Below, piece by piece: positions 28,089 to 37,865 of a stretch of DNA of 64,000 bases. A program made the position numbers and the translations under genes. This DNA is from a virus (Duplodnaviria > Caudoviricetes): positions 4,034 through 68,033 of IMG/VR virus record IMGVR_UViG_3300043388_000007; one strand, given 5' to 3'. Position 1 is the stretch's first letter, and every line of letters starts with the position of its first letter. The notes under the pieces are model-generated. The model saw nothing but the letters and a program-made list of their open reading frames with translations, did no database searches and was not told the origin of the DNA.

Positions 28089-29078
28089 CTAGCTGATCCA
28101 CAGGGTGCCGGGCGGGTAGTTGGCCGCACCAGGATCGGTGGTCGAGTAGACGACGAGGCCGCCGTAGGCCTTGAATGCCCCAGCCGTGTTGTACCAGTAG
28201 ATGGTGGCCCCGGTGCGGATGCGAACGTCACCGTCGAGGTAGATGTTGGGGGCCACCATCTGAGTGAGCACGTCGGTCACCTGCACATACGACGTACCGA
28301 GCGAACCGTCAGACGGGTCCCGGTATCTCATCACCGCAGCGGTGGTGCCTCCGTAGAAGAGTCCGTTCTGCGAGAGGAAGCCGCTGGCTGCGGTGACCCG
28401 GTTGCTGGCCATCGCCACACCGCCGATGGTGCCGCTGGAGCCGTTGAGCACACCACCGGTCAGAGTGCCACCGAGCGTGATGTTGGTGATCGTCGCCGTG
28501 GTGGCGGTGACGATGCCGACAGCGATGGTCTTGCCGGGAGCCGAGAAGACAGTGCCAGCCCCGGTGAGGGTGAGGCTGGGGATGCTGACCGGCTTGTCGA
28601 TCAGTAGCTGGGTGGCGTCGGTGGTGAGCTTGGCCGTGGCGGCGCCGGTCTTGACGCTGACACCAGTGGTATCGACGGTGAGCACGCCGCCCTGGACACG
28701 GAGATCGGCGTTGGTACCGACGTATGTGGGCGTGAACTGAATGCCCTTGCCAGCCGCACCGGAATGACTGATCGACACCTGACCGCTGTCGTCGGCCGTC
28801 TTCACCAGGTTGACCGGCATGGCCTTGTAGTCCAGCCACAGCGTCCCGTTGGACATCTCCAACCCACCACCGCTGGCCACGTCGGAGGCATTGAAGATGA
28901 ACTGGCCCGCTGGTGGCACCGAGGTGTACACAGCATCACGGTCAGCGTTGTTGGCGAAGCGCAGGATCGAGCGGGACTGGAGCCAGGTGGCGTCAGCGTC
29001 CCGCCAGTTGTTCACGTAGTCCTGCCAGTCGGCGGCGCCGTACTGGCCACCAACAGGGATCGGCTCGGTCATTGTCAT
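28089..29078 (-). CDS. Fibre-like minor structural protein
   Basis: Gly/Thr-rich beta-repeats; C-terminal YSTTDP....PGTLWI. Confidence 0.7.
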   Translation of the reverse strand: MTMTEPIPVGGQYGAADWQDYVNNWRDADATWLQSRSILRFANNADRDAVYTSVPPAGQFIFNASDVASGGGLEMSNGTLWLDYKAMPVNLVKTADDSGQVSISHSGAAGKGIQFTPTYVGTNADLRVQGGVLTVDTTGVSVKTGAATAKLTTDATQLLIDKPVSIPSLTLTGAGTVFSAPGKTIAVGIVTATTATITNITLGGTLTGGVLNGSSGTIGGVAMASNRVTAASGFLSQNGLFYGGTTAAVMRYRDPSDGSLGTSYVQVTDVLTQMVAPNIYLDGDVRIRTGATIYWYNTAGAFKAYGGLVVYSTTDPGAANYPPGTLWIS

Positions 29079-29584
29079 ACTAGGCTCCCTGGCTCGAAGT
29101 CGAAGAGTTGGTCGTCACTCGGGTACGTCTCGATACCGGTGATGCCGACGATCACGTCTTCACCCTTGGCCCGGCCACGGATCTGGAAGGCGCTGACCTC
29201 GTAGTAGCGGTTGTCGTAGTAGAAGACATCGTTGACCCGCTCGTATCTCCACACCAGAGAAGGCGAGCCATCGGTGAGACGGTTGCCGTGGACCTCGGTG
29301 ACGGAGATGCCCGCTTCGTGAAGCTGCTTGGCCGATACGGCCAGGCGGATGCGCTGAGTGGGACGACGACCCTCGGCGGCGTAGTCCTCGGTGGCCTCGC
29401 TCTGGTCCACCCACAGGATGGGGATGCGCAGACCCGACTCGTAACGCCGGTATGCCTCGTCGTACACATCGTCGTAGTTCGACGCCGAGGCATCGAACTT
29501 GAAGTAGATGATGGCCTCACCGATGTCGGTCTGGTAGCGCTCGAAGTGCTTCCAGATCTCTCGGACCTCACGACGTGGGTCCAT
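29075..29584 (-). CDS. Head-tail adaptor/closure-like protein
   Basis: YDDVYDE, DVFYYDNRYYEV; position. Confidence 0.65.
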   Translation of the reverse strand: MDPRREVREIWKHFERYQTDIGEAIIYFKFDASASNYDDVYDEAYRRYESGLRIPILWVDQSEATEDYAAEGRRPTQRIRLAVSAKQLHEAGISVTEVHGNRLTDGSPSLVWRYERVNDVFYYDNRYYEVSAFQIRGRAKGEDVIVGITGIETYPSDDQLFDFEPGSLV

Positions 29585-30237
29585 CAGAGGAAGCTTCCGT
29601 TGACCGGGCCAGGTGTGGAGGACTTGCCGTACTTCTTCTGCCGAGCAGCCATTGCGTTGGAGGACTCGATGTGACGCTCCACGCCCTTGGCCTCGATGAC
29701 GTGTGATACCGGCATCACCGGCAGCAACTGGTCTGGGTTGAGGTTTGCCATCACCGCCAGCCGGTGGTGACCGCCAGCGACGTTGGGCTTGCCAGTACGG
29801 CCTTGCGTCTCGGTGGCCAGGGAGATGGGCATGGTCACGCCCTTCTCCTTGATCGACTTGGTGAGGCCGGAAACGTTGGACTCACCGAGCTTGCGGTGGT
29901 ACATCTGCTCGTCGGTCTCGGGAGCAGCCCGCTCACGGATGGGCCGGAAGCCTCGGTAGTAAGGCTTGGCCTCCCCACCTCTTCGCACGTCTGCCGCCTG
30001 GCGCTCCCCGTAGTTGACCTCGTTCTTCACATCATCGGTACGACTGGTACGCCAAGTGGCCTGACCCTCACGTGGGTCCAGACCCACCTCACGGAACACG
30101 CCACCGGAGGCCCGGCTCACGCTGTAGCTGGTGCCGTGGTACATGCGGTCCGGCTCGTTGGGATCGTGGGTGGCCATGATCTCCCGAGCGCTCATGAAGA
30201 GCTTGCCCTGGAGCGGGTTCTCGGTGGGCTTCTTCAT
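29584..30237 (-). CDS. ParB/Sulfiredoxin-like domain protein
   Basis: LTKSIKEKGVTMPI...VAGGHHRLAV; N-terminal QGKLFMSARE. Confidence 0.75.
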   Translation of the reverse strand: MKKPTENPLQGKLFMSAREIMATHDPNEPDRMYHGTSYSVSRASGGVFREVGLDPREGQATWRTSRTDDVKNEVNYGERQAADVRRGGEAKPYYRGFRPIRERAAPETDEQMYHRKLGESNVSGLTKSIKEKGVTMPISLATETQGRTGKPNVAGGHHRLAVMANLNPDQLLPVMPVSHVIEAKGVERHIESSNAMAARQKKYGKSSTPGPVNGSFL

Positions 30238-31097
30238 GCAGGCCACCCACCGCTACCACTGGTGCCGAGCGAGTTCCACGCCAGTTCTCGGGTGGACTGC
30301 GCCCGCCACATGTCGTATGGCGTCAGGTCCTCGGTGACCTCGATCACGTCGGGGTCATCGGTACCACCGATGCCCTCCATCGTGCCGTCCGGGATCGGCG
30401 GCGTCAGACGCTTGGGCCAACGGGGGTCATCGATCTCCCGCTCCTTGTACACCGGCACGTAGCGGTTGGTGAGATACGCCACCCGGCGCAGGCGGAACTG
30501 CTCCAGTTGATCGAGACCGATGTTGAGCGACTGCGCCCGCTTGGAGTACTCGCCCTCCCAGTACTGCATCATCTGGATGACCTGGGAGAAGCGCTGCCGA
30601 GCCGGGATGTACATGCCCTCCGGCGTGGATACGTCGATATCCAGCGACAGTTCGAGGGCCAGCGACCAGAGCGCCCTGACGACCGCTCCCATCGCTGTCA
30701 CTTCGGTGTACACACCGGAGATGTTCGAGGCGTTGCCGGTGGTGTTGTAGAGCACCTCTTCGGCCGCCTGGTTGGCGTGCATGATCAGGTCCTCGTCAGC
30801 GAACCAGGTGTAGTAGTACGCCGAGATGAGCAGCCGGGTGTTGAGCAGGGTCTCGTCGGTGAGCTTGAGCAGCCCGTTGCGGGAGTCGAGGGTCCAGGCG
30901 GTGGTGGCCGTGGAGACCATCGGATCGTCAACCGTCGCCCCCGGCACAGCCGAGAACACCTGCACCGAGGGCGGCGAGATGAGAGGGTGCGGCAGGCGCA
31001 CCGTCAGGACGTTGAGCGGCCCGACCTCGATCTCGAAGAACTTTGGGAAGTCCCGCAGGAAGGCCCGAGCGTTCCCGGCAATCTCCATGACGCCCAT
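30234..31097 (-). CDS. Neck/head-tail connector protein
   Basis: DIDVSTPEGMYIPARQRF motif; position. Confidence 0.7.
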   Translation of the reverse strand: MGVMEIAGNARAFLRDFPKFFEIEVGPLNVLTVRLPHPLISPPSVQVFSAVPGATVDDPMVSTATTAWTLDSRNGLLKLTDETLLNTRLLISAYYYTWFADEDLIMHANQAAEEVLYNTTGNASNISGVYTEVTAMGAVVRALWSLALELSLDIDVSTPEGMYIPARQRFSQVIQMMQYWEGEYSKRAQSLNIGLDQLEQFRLRRVAYLTNRYVPVYKEREIDDPRWPKRLTPPIPDGTMEGIGGTDDPDVIEVTEDLTPYDMWRAQSTRELAWNSLGTSGSGGWPA

Positions 31098-31098
31098 A

Positions 31099-31521
31099 TC
31101 ACAACACCTTCATCCAGAGTCGAGTCGTGTCGTTCTCATCGAAGCCCTCCACCCGGTCCGGGCGCAACACGAAGGTGCCCTCATGGCTCTGCGTCAGTGG
31201 ATCACTCTCCCCTGACGTGTCGAAGAAGGAGAGCAGGTTGACGCTGAGGCCGAGATCCTGCACCAGGATCATCTGGTAGGTGCCGCTCGGCACAGCCTCG
31301 AAGAAGGCCGGGTAGCCGAGCAGCAGGCCGCCCACCCCAACGATGCGGCCCTGAATCGGCGCCTTGGCCACCACAGTGGCTCCGACGACATCGGAGAACA
31401 CCTTGTCGGTGGCGTTGAACATGGCCCCACTGCACAGGTAGCCCATGATGATGTCCGTCTTCCAGTTGAGGATGCTGGAGGCGAGCAGATCGATGACCTG
31501 GGTGTAGTTGCGGTTGGCCAT
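31099..31521 (-). CDS. Structural hypothetical protein
   Basis: 140 aa, fibre-region position. Confidence 0.6.
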   Translation of the reverse strand: MANRNYTQVIDLLASSILNWKTDIIMGYLCSGAMFNATDKVFSDVVGATVVAKAPIQGRIVGVGGLLLGYPAFFEAVPSGTYQMILVQDLGLSVNLLSFFDTSGESDPLTQSHEGTFVLRPDRVEGFDENDTTRLWMKVL

Positions 31522-31556
31522 GGTGTCCTCAACGATAGTCGGGTATGGATCAGGGC

Positions 31557-31727
31557 CTAGGGGAACCCAGCCGGGTGGTTCTGGAACTGCTGCTTCTGGA
31601 GCAGGATCTGCTCGTGCTCGGTGCGCTCCTGCCCGACCGTCATGTGGGGTGAAGGCCAAGGCTTGCGCTCGGGGTAGTCGCCCTCGAACAGCGGCTCCTG
31701 GTGACTGATCTTCTTGATGCCGCTCAT
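31557..31727 (-). CDS. Small hypothetical protein (MSGIKKISHQEPLFEG...)
   Basis: 56 aa, ATG overlapping the upstream stop. Confidence 0.5.
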   Translation of the reverse strand: MSGIKKISHQEPLFEGDYPERKPWPSPHMTVGQERTEHEQILLQKQQFQNHPAGFP

Positions 31728-32404
31728 GTGATCGGTGGTCCTGATGAGTCGAGGGTCGGCGTACCAGTTGCCGTGAGAGTCCGACCGTTGCCCGAGTCGT
31801 CGGTGGTCTGCGGCCCCGACTGGAAGCTGTAGGCGCCCCACAGGTTGGCCGTGCGCACCGGGGCGTACTTCGCTGCCTCCGCTGTCAACTCGGTCTGGTT
31901 CAGCACGGCGTTCCACACCTTGACAGCGGCGATGGACCCAGCCCACGGATCACCGAAGCCGTCACCACCGATGCTGAACGTGTTGGTGTCGAGCATGTGC
32001 GAAGTCGGCACGGCGAAGAAGAACTCACGGGTCAGCGTCGTAGCCGGAGCGTTGGCGTAGTAGAGCCAGCACTCGGTGCCGGTGCGATCGATAGAGGCGG
32101 CGATGAACGCCCAGGTGCCGGTCGTGAAGTTGAACGCCGTCGTCCCGCCATTGGAGAGGAAGAAGTTGACACCACCGGCCGAGACACCGAACTGGCAGTA
32201 GTGGCTGCTGGCGTCGTCGGACGCCAGCACCATGGCGTAGCTGGCAGCGGTGTCCATCCTCGCCCAGGCGCACCACGTGATGCTGGTGGACGTGAGGTTC
32301 AGCCCCGACGCTGAGCGTGTGTACTTCTTGCCGCTACCGGTAGCGACCGCTCCCGCTGCTGCTGCGGCTGCATGGGAGGAAGCGACGACGCCAGGAAGGA
32401 CCAT
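31724..32404 (-). CDS. LamG/concanavalin A-like domain protein
   Basis: TGTWAFIAASID, FSIGG, WAGSIAAVKVWNAVLNQTEL. Confidence 0.85.
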   Translation of the reverse strand: MVLPGVVASSHAAAAAAGAVATGSGKKYTRSASGLNLTSTSITWCAWARMDTAASYAMVLASDDASSHYCQFGVSAGGVNFFLSNGGTTAFNFTTGTWAFIAASIDRTGTECWLYYANAPATTLTREFFFAVPTSHMLDTNTFSIGGDGFGDPWAGSIAAVKVWNAVLNQTELTAEAAKYAPVRTANLWGAYSFQSGPQTTDDSGNGRTLTATGTPTLDSSGPPIT

Positions 32405-34692
32405 CAGGCAAGGTCACCCATGAGATACCACTGGTCGGTGCCGGTCTTGACCAGCGTGGCTCCCGAGTACCGTGCTCGGAAGACGAGTGACGGCGTGGAG
32501 TTGATGGTGACACCAGCCCCCTGGGCGATGGTGACGAGGCCGACACCGATCCCGATGACCGTGATCTGTGAGCCGATCGGGAACGCCACCGATGAGTTGG
32601 GCGGCACGGTGAGTGTGACAGCGCTGGCGTTGGAACAGGTGACCACCTTGTTGTTGTCGGTGAGGACGAGCGTGTAGGTGGTGCCGGTCTGAGCGTTGAC
32701 GGCCAGGTTGATCTTCGGGTCGGTCAGCGTCTTGTTGGTCAGCGTCGAGGTGGCCGCATCCTTGGTGGCGTCGGACGTGTTGTCCACATTGCCGAGTCCG
32801 ACATCGCCTTTGACGAGTGCCAGGGTCGTCTTCACCTGGGCGACGGTGCGAGAGGCCCACGCCGATGCCACCGAGACGATGAAGTTGTCCGTGGTCGCCG
32901 TCAGCCCAGCGATGGTGGTGAGGTCGGTATCGACCGGCTGGGCGCCGAGCGTGGTCAGCATCGCCGCTGTGGTGGTGTCATCGAGCACCGTGCGGGCCGC
33001 TGCGGTGACGGTGAACGTCTCGGGTACGCCAGTCGAGGCGGTGGTGCGGCCGATGACCTGATCCTGTGCCAGGTTGGCCATCTTGGCCAGTGTGATACCA
33101 GCGGTTGCCACATCGAGCGTACGGTTGGCCGAAAGATCGCCACCGCCACTCAGAGCACCGGTACCTGTCACCGTGGTGGCCTTGTCGGCCTTGAGGTTGA
33201 GCGCCGTCTGCTGCGCCGTGCTCACTGGCTTGGCGGTATCAGCCGTGTTGTCCACGTTGCCGAGGCCCACGTCGCCCTTGGCCAGAGCGAGCGCCGTCTT
33301 CACCTGAGCCGGGGTACGGCTCGCCCATGCTCCAGCCACCGACTGAATGATGTTGTCGGTGGTGGCCGTGAGCGCTGCGATGGCAGAGAGGTCAGCGTCA
33401 CCGGGCTGTGCAGCCGCCGCCACTGCTGCTACTGCCGCCACCTGGGTGTCGATGTAGAGCTTCGTACCGAGGTGCTCATCGATGGTCGGCTCGCCGCCGA
33501 ATACGGAGACCGTGCCATACACCTGGAAGGGGATATTGGACTGCACGATGGTGTCCGAGGCCGTGATCACCGGGGCGCTACCGATCTTGAAGTACAGACC
33601 GGCTCGACCTACGAAGTTCATCGCTCCGTCGTTGGTCGCCTGCGCCCATCCGTTCTCGGTCGTGCGGTCGTCACCCTGGAACACCACCCGAGGCCCGCCG
33701 TAGTCATTGGCCAGAACGAGGGTGTCGAAGCCGGTTGTCGAGTCGATGGTCAGGGTGCCGAGCAGCCCGTCGCCCATGGTGTTGACATACCTGATGTCGG
33801 CGGCAGCCTCATCGAGAGCACCAACGTCAGCAGCAGTGATGGTGTGCCAGGAGGTGTCGTAGTCAGTGGTGCTCGCCTTCATCGGGAACTGACCGGTGGT
33901 GCCTCCCGTCTGGAGGCCAGGCCCGGCAGCGCCATCCGAGCCAGGATCTCCAGGGTCGCCTTGAGCACCAGGAGCGCCAGGGTCACCTGGGGGACCAGCA
34001 GGACCCCTGATGGGGCCAACGTTCGTCCAGACCGACCCGCTCCACACGATGCCGTCACCGACTGCCTTGGTGCCCCCGGAGGGGTCTGGAGCAGCGGTTG
34101 GAATCGGACTGCCCAGGAGCCACATGTCACCGGCCGTTGGTGACGCTGGCAGAGCCGTGCCCGTACCGGAGTATGTGCCCTTGATGGCAACACCCTCGCC
34201 GGTGTCGCCCTTTGGACCCTGCGGTCCGGGGGGGCCGGTGGCACCGTCTACGCCGTCAGCACCATCGGCGCCATCAGTGCCATCGACACCGGGGACACCT
34301 TGCGGGCCGGTATTGCCAGTATCACCCTTGGGACCGGTTGCACCGGTAGCTCCCGTCGTACCGGTCGTTCCGGTGGGGCCAGCCGGGCCAACAGGGCCAC
34401 GGATGGGACCGACGTTGGTCCATACGACGCCATCCCAGACGATGCCGTCTCCAGCCGTCTTGGTGCCGCCAGCAGGAGCAGGCGCAGCGGTCGGCAGCGG
34501 AGTGCCGAGCAACCACATGTCCCCGGTGTCGGGGCTGGTGGGCAAGGGGGTGCTCGCTCCCGAGAGCGTGCCCTGGATGACGACACCTTCGCCTGGAGGA
34601 CCAGCGGGACCAGTCGGCCCGACCGGGCCAGGTATCCCCTGCTTGCCCATCGGGGCGGTGACGAAGATCTTCTGGCCACCAGTGATGGTCAT
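32404..34692 (-). CDS. Collagen-like tail fibre protein
   Basis: Long G-X-Y runs; duplicated GDMWLLG..GDGIVW..WTNVGPIRGP module; C-terminal NAQTGTTYTLVLTD domain. Confidence 0.85.
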   Translation of the reverse strand: MTITGGQKIFVTAPMGKQGIPGPVGPTGPAGPPGEGVVIQGTLSGASTPLPTSPDTGDMWLLGTPLPTAAPAPAGGTKTAGDGIVWDGVVWTNVGPIRGPVGPAGPTGTTGTTGATGATGPKGDTGNTGPQGVPGVDGTDGADGADGVDGATGPPGPQGPKGDTGEGVAIKGTYSGTGTALPASPTAGDMWLLGSPIPTAAPDPSGGTKAVGDGIVWSGSVWTNVGPIRGPAGPPGDPGAPGAQGDPGDPGSDGAAGPGLQTGGTTGQFPMKASTTDYDTSWHTITAADVGALDEAAADIRYVNTMGDGLLGTLTIDSTTGFDTLVLANDYGGPRVVFQGDDRTTENGWAQATNDGAMNFVGRAGLYFKIGSAPVITASDTIVQSNIPFQVYGTVSVFGGEPTIDEHLGTKLYIDTQVAAVAAVAAAAQPGDADLSAIAALTATTDNIIQSVAGAWASRTPAQVKTALALAKGDVGLGNVDNTADTAKPVSTAQQTALNLKADKATTVTGTGALSGGGDLSANRTLDVATAGITLAKMANLAQDQVIGRTTASTGVPETFTVTAAARTVLDDTTTAAMLTTLGAQPVDTDLTTIAGLTATTDNFIVSVASAWASRTVAQVKTTLALVKGDVGLGNVDNTSDATKDAATSTLTNKTLTDPKINLAVNAQTGTTYTLVLTDNNKVVTCSNASAVTLTVPPNSSVAFPIGSQITVIGIGVGLVTIAQGAGVTINSTPSLVFRARYSGATLVKTGTDQWYLMGDLA

Positions 34693-35423
34693 GGCACTCT
34701 CCCGTTCGGGCCGTAGACCCCGGTCGGTGTGACGATCACCTGGGTCTGTGTGGGTAGCGCTCCCTTGGGTGGCAGCCAGTCCGTCTGCGAGACCCGAGGC
34801 ACCACGTAGACCCGGCCGAAGAGCCACGTCTTCACCTGGTCCTGGAGCCAGTCCTCGTCCTTCACGCTCTCGGGCTGCTCGAAGTCAGGGCCGACGTAGG
34901 GGCTGGTGGAGAACAGGTCCCAGGCGTAGACGCCGCAGTAGCGATTCCAGAAGCGGGGCAGGAACAGGGTGACCAGCGTCGAGCCGAGCGACGTGTCGTC
35001 GTCGGGGTCTTCGGGCGGGATGTACTCGCTCTCCACCGAGAGCTTGACCATCTGCATCGAGTAGTAGGTGTGGAAGAAGCGGACCTGGGACTCCCAAGTC
35101 CAGCCGGTGGAGATGTCGAAGTCGGGGGTGGTCGGGTCCTGGAAGTAGAGCGGCACCTGCACGTCATCGCCCTGGTACACGTAGATGTCGAGGCGATCGG
35201 GGTAGCTCTTCCACTGGGCCGGGCCGGTGTCAACGAACGAGGCCCCCGAGGTGAGATCGAGCACGCCGGAGGAGCCGCCGTTCACCAAGCCCGGATAGAA
35301 CGGTACGAGCGGTTGATACATAGGTACCGGTGGCAACTCGCTGGCCTCCATCAGAAGCTCAGTAGTCGCTGCGATGCGTGGAGCGGTGTCCTGCCCGAAG
35401 CGGGACCCGGCGAACTGCGGCAT
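34689..35423 (-). CDS. Fibre-associated structural protein
   Basis: LDIYVYQGDD...W.WESQVR...VTLFL; YAWDL. Confidence 0.65.
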   Translation of the reverse strand: MPQFAGSRFGQDTAPRIAATTELLMEASELPPVPMYQPLVPFYPGLVNGGSSGVLDLTSGASFVDTGPAQWKSYPDRLDIYVYQGDDVQVPLYFQDPTTPDFDISTGWTWESQVRFFHTYYSMQMVKLSVESEYIPPEDPDDDTSLGSTLVTLFLPRFWNRYCGVYAWDLFSTSPYVGPDFEQPESVKDEDWLQDQVKTWLFGRVYVVPRVSQTDWLPPKGALPTQTQVIVTPTGVYGPNGRVP

Positions 35424-35435
35424 GTGACCTCACGA

Positions 35436-36995
35436 TCATGACCTGATGTACGTGTACACGTTGAGATACTGAGGCGTGATGTCCACCGCCGCCCCTGATC
35501 CCTTTGCCGTCTCGTTCACCACGTGACCATGCACCGGAGCGTTGGTGGCCGACACCACGTGGGTGTGCGGTGGCGCCAACTCCATGGTGTGACCGTGCAG
35601 CGAGCCGTTGGAGAGCACGTCCACCTCTCCGACAGCGGGCATGGTGTCCATGATCGCCTCGACCGAGTAAGTGTGGTTGCGGTCGTTGAAGAGAGCGTCG
35701 ATCTTGTTGCGCCCGCCCCAGGCCACGCCGATTACCGCAGCGGCTTGACCGAAGTAGTTCATGCCCTGGTGGGTGTGCGGGTGCTCCACCACCCAGTGAA
35801 TGTGCTCGCCGCCCGGTACGACCGTATGGACGTGCTGACCAGAAGGCTGCATGGTGATCGTGATCGGACCGCCACCGCCGTTCACCACGGCCACGTCATG
35901 GTCGTGGTTGGGCATCTGAGCGAGCGAGAGGTTGATGTGGTTGTTCGCTGGGCCGCCGACACCACCGGGAGCGCTGTTCCACGTCGTCAGCAGGACTCGC
36001 TTCTCGGCGTTGGGCAACACCATCGAGCGGTGGGGGGCAGTGCCGGTGATGGTGCCGAAGCCGGGGATGGTGAACAGCGAGGGGTACTGGTCCTCGGTGA
36101 TCGTGGCGCCGTCGAGCGGCACCCAGCCGAGAGCGATCATCGCCGCCTTGGGCTGAACGCAGGTGATCACAGACCCCACCGGCACCGAGTTGGCCAGCGT
36201 GGCCAACTCCTGCCAGGCACCGTTCTGAATGATGTAGAGGCGCCCGTTGGTCTGATTCTGGAAGAGCGTGCCAGGCAGCAGCCCGGTCGGGCTGGGCATG
36301 GTCGTGGACTGCTTGAGGTTGGACCCCTGAACCTTGCCAGCCGCCGTCACCGTCTCGGCTGTGAGGGGACCACCGGTCGAGATCCCGTCATCGACGGTGA
36401 GCAGGTTGCGAATGCGCAGCGTCCCCACCCCGGAGCGATCGAGGAAGGTGTCGTCCTCCCACACCATCGAGCCGCCACCGGTCACCGTGAAGTGGTTGCC
36501 GGTGTTGTTGAGGTTCTGGACCAGCATGGCGCTGGGGTCGATCTTGGTCAGCAGCGACCGGGAGATGAACTTGCGCTTGTCGATCACGTTGTCCGACAAG
36601 CTGCTCGTCCCGATGGGCACGAAGACCGACGCCAGCACCGTGACATCGAGCGGGATATCGGGGTACACCGGGTTGACGCTCTCGTCGCCCCGCACCGACA
36701 GGAGCGTGCCTCCCTGGTTGACCACGATGAGGTCGAAGCGGTCGAGCGCCCCACCGATGGCGAGGGTCACCGACTGGCCGTTGACCTTGACCAGTGCGCC
36801 GTTGACGAGAGCGAGGCCCCCGAGCGTGGAGGCCGTCGAGCCGGAAGCGGTGACGAGGCAGCCATCGACCACACCCCAAAGGGCGTGGGCCATGGTGTTG
36901 AAGTCGATCTGATCAGGCTCGGCCATTCGAGGGTTCGAGACCGTCGAAGCGTTCGGGATCAAGAACCCGTCGTGCGTGAGATTCGGCCGAGTCAT
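35436..36995 (-). CDS. Tail fibre with collar domain and His-x-His repeats
   Basis: VPVGSVI...GWVPLDGA...YPSLF collar motif; multiple HxH motifs in the C-terminal part. Confidence 0.85.
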   Translation of the reverse strand: MTRPNLTHDGFLIPNASTVSNPRMAEPDQIDFNTMAHALWGVVDGCLVTASGSTASTLGGLALVNGALVKVNGQSVTLAIGGALDRFDLIVVNQGGTLLSVRGDESVNPVYPDIPLDVTVLASVFVPIGTSSLSDNVIDKRKFISRSLLTKIDPSAMLVQNLNNTGNHFTVTGGGSMVWEDDTFLDRSGVGTLRIRNLLTVDDGISTGGPLTAETVTAAGKVQGSNLKQSTTMPSPTGLLPGTLFQNQTNGRLYIIQNGAWQELATLANSVPVGSVITCVQPKAAMIALGWVPLDGATITEDQYPSLFTIPGFGTITGTAPHRSMVLPNAEKRVLLTTWNSAPGGVGGPANNHINLSLAQMPNHDHDVAVVNGGGGPITITMQPSGQHVHTVVPGGEHIHWVVEHPHTHQGMNYFGQAAAVIGVAWGGRNKIDALFNDRNHTYSVEAIMDTMPAVGEVDVLSNGSLHGHTMELAPPHTHVVSATNAPVHGHVVNETAKGSGAAVDITPQYLNVYTYIRS

Positions 36996-37007
36996 GGCCG
37001 TGGACTC

Positions 37008-37346
37008 CTATCCTCGGTGGTAGAGATACCCCAGGCTGTTGAGATACCGGGCGACATCAACAGGGAGCCGGTACCGCCTCCCCGCCTCCAGCTTGTAGTG
37101 CTTGTGGGGGTTGCCGTAGGTGAACTCCTCGATGGTCTCGGCCATACGGATCTCCACCATCCCTGCCTGATCGATCTCGGCTGGCGACGGCGCCAGTGAT
37201 TCGACTTCGATCTCTCGGTGGTGCGGGATCGGACCCGTCTGCGTGTTGGAGGGAAAGCCGAGGTCGGATGGCCTGGTGACCTGACTCTCGTCAGGCTCAG
37301 CGTCCGTGTCGATCTCGATCTCACCCTGTGCTGCTGTTCGTGGCAC
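37008..37346 (-). CDS. Hypothetical head-associated protein
   Basis: YKLEAGRRYRLPVDVARYLNSLGYL. Confidence 0.65.
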   Translation of the reverse strand: MPRTAAQGEIEIDTDAEPDESQVTRPSDLGFPSNTQTGPIPHHREIEVESLAPSPAEIDQAGMVEIRMAETIEEFTYGNPHKHYKLEAGRRYRLPVDVARYLNSLGYLYHRG

Positions 37347-37385
37347 GACGTGTTCTCCTTGTGTCGCTAGTAACTAGCCGCTCTA

Positions 37386-37865
37386 CTACAACGCCTCCAG
37401 TTGGGTGATCAGCGTCGAGCGGTTCTTGCCAGCCTTCTCGGCTGCGATCAGGTCGTCAACCTGTTCCGGGTTGGTGATGGCGTAGTCCACGACCTCCTGG
37501 ACGGTGTAGGAGCCTGGGTCGTAGGGAAGTCGCTCTTCCAGCCAGATGACCAAGGTGGAGCGATTCTTCTCAGCCACCTCGGCGTCGTAGACCGCCTCCA
37601 ACTCGTCAGGGTGGGAGCCGACGTACTCCTGGACCTCGGCCACGGTGTGCACGGAGGGGTCGAACTCGTCGTCGGCCTCGTCGTACTCATCGTCTTCTTC
37701 GGCCTCGTCGTCGTCGTCGTCGTCTTCGGCCTCGTCTTCCTCCAGCACCTCGACGGTGACTTCGTGCTTCTCGCCATCCTCGTACGGATGGAAGTGCACG
37801 GAGCCGTCGAAGACATCAAGCTCCTCCTCGGGGGAGCCATCGCCGTAGTTGACCTTGACCCTCAC
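37386..37865 (-). CDS. Acidic protein with two tandem ~43-aa repeats
   Basis: FDPSVHTVAEVQEY...KNRSTL and YDPGSYTVQEVVDY...KNRSTL. Confidence 0.7.
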   Translation of the reverse strand: MRVKVNYGDGSPEEELDVFDGSVHFHPYEDGEKHEVTVEVLEEDEAEDDDDDDEAEEDDEYDEADDEFDPSVHTVAEVQEYVGSHPDELEAVYDAEVAEKNRSTLVIWLEERLPYDPGSYTVQEVVDYAITNPEQVDDLIAAEKAGKNRSTLITQLEAL

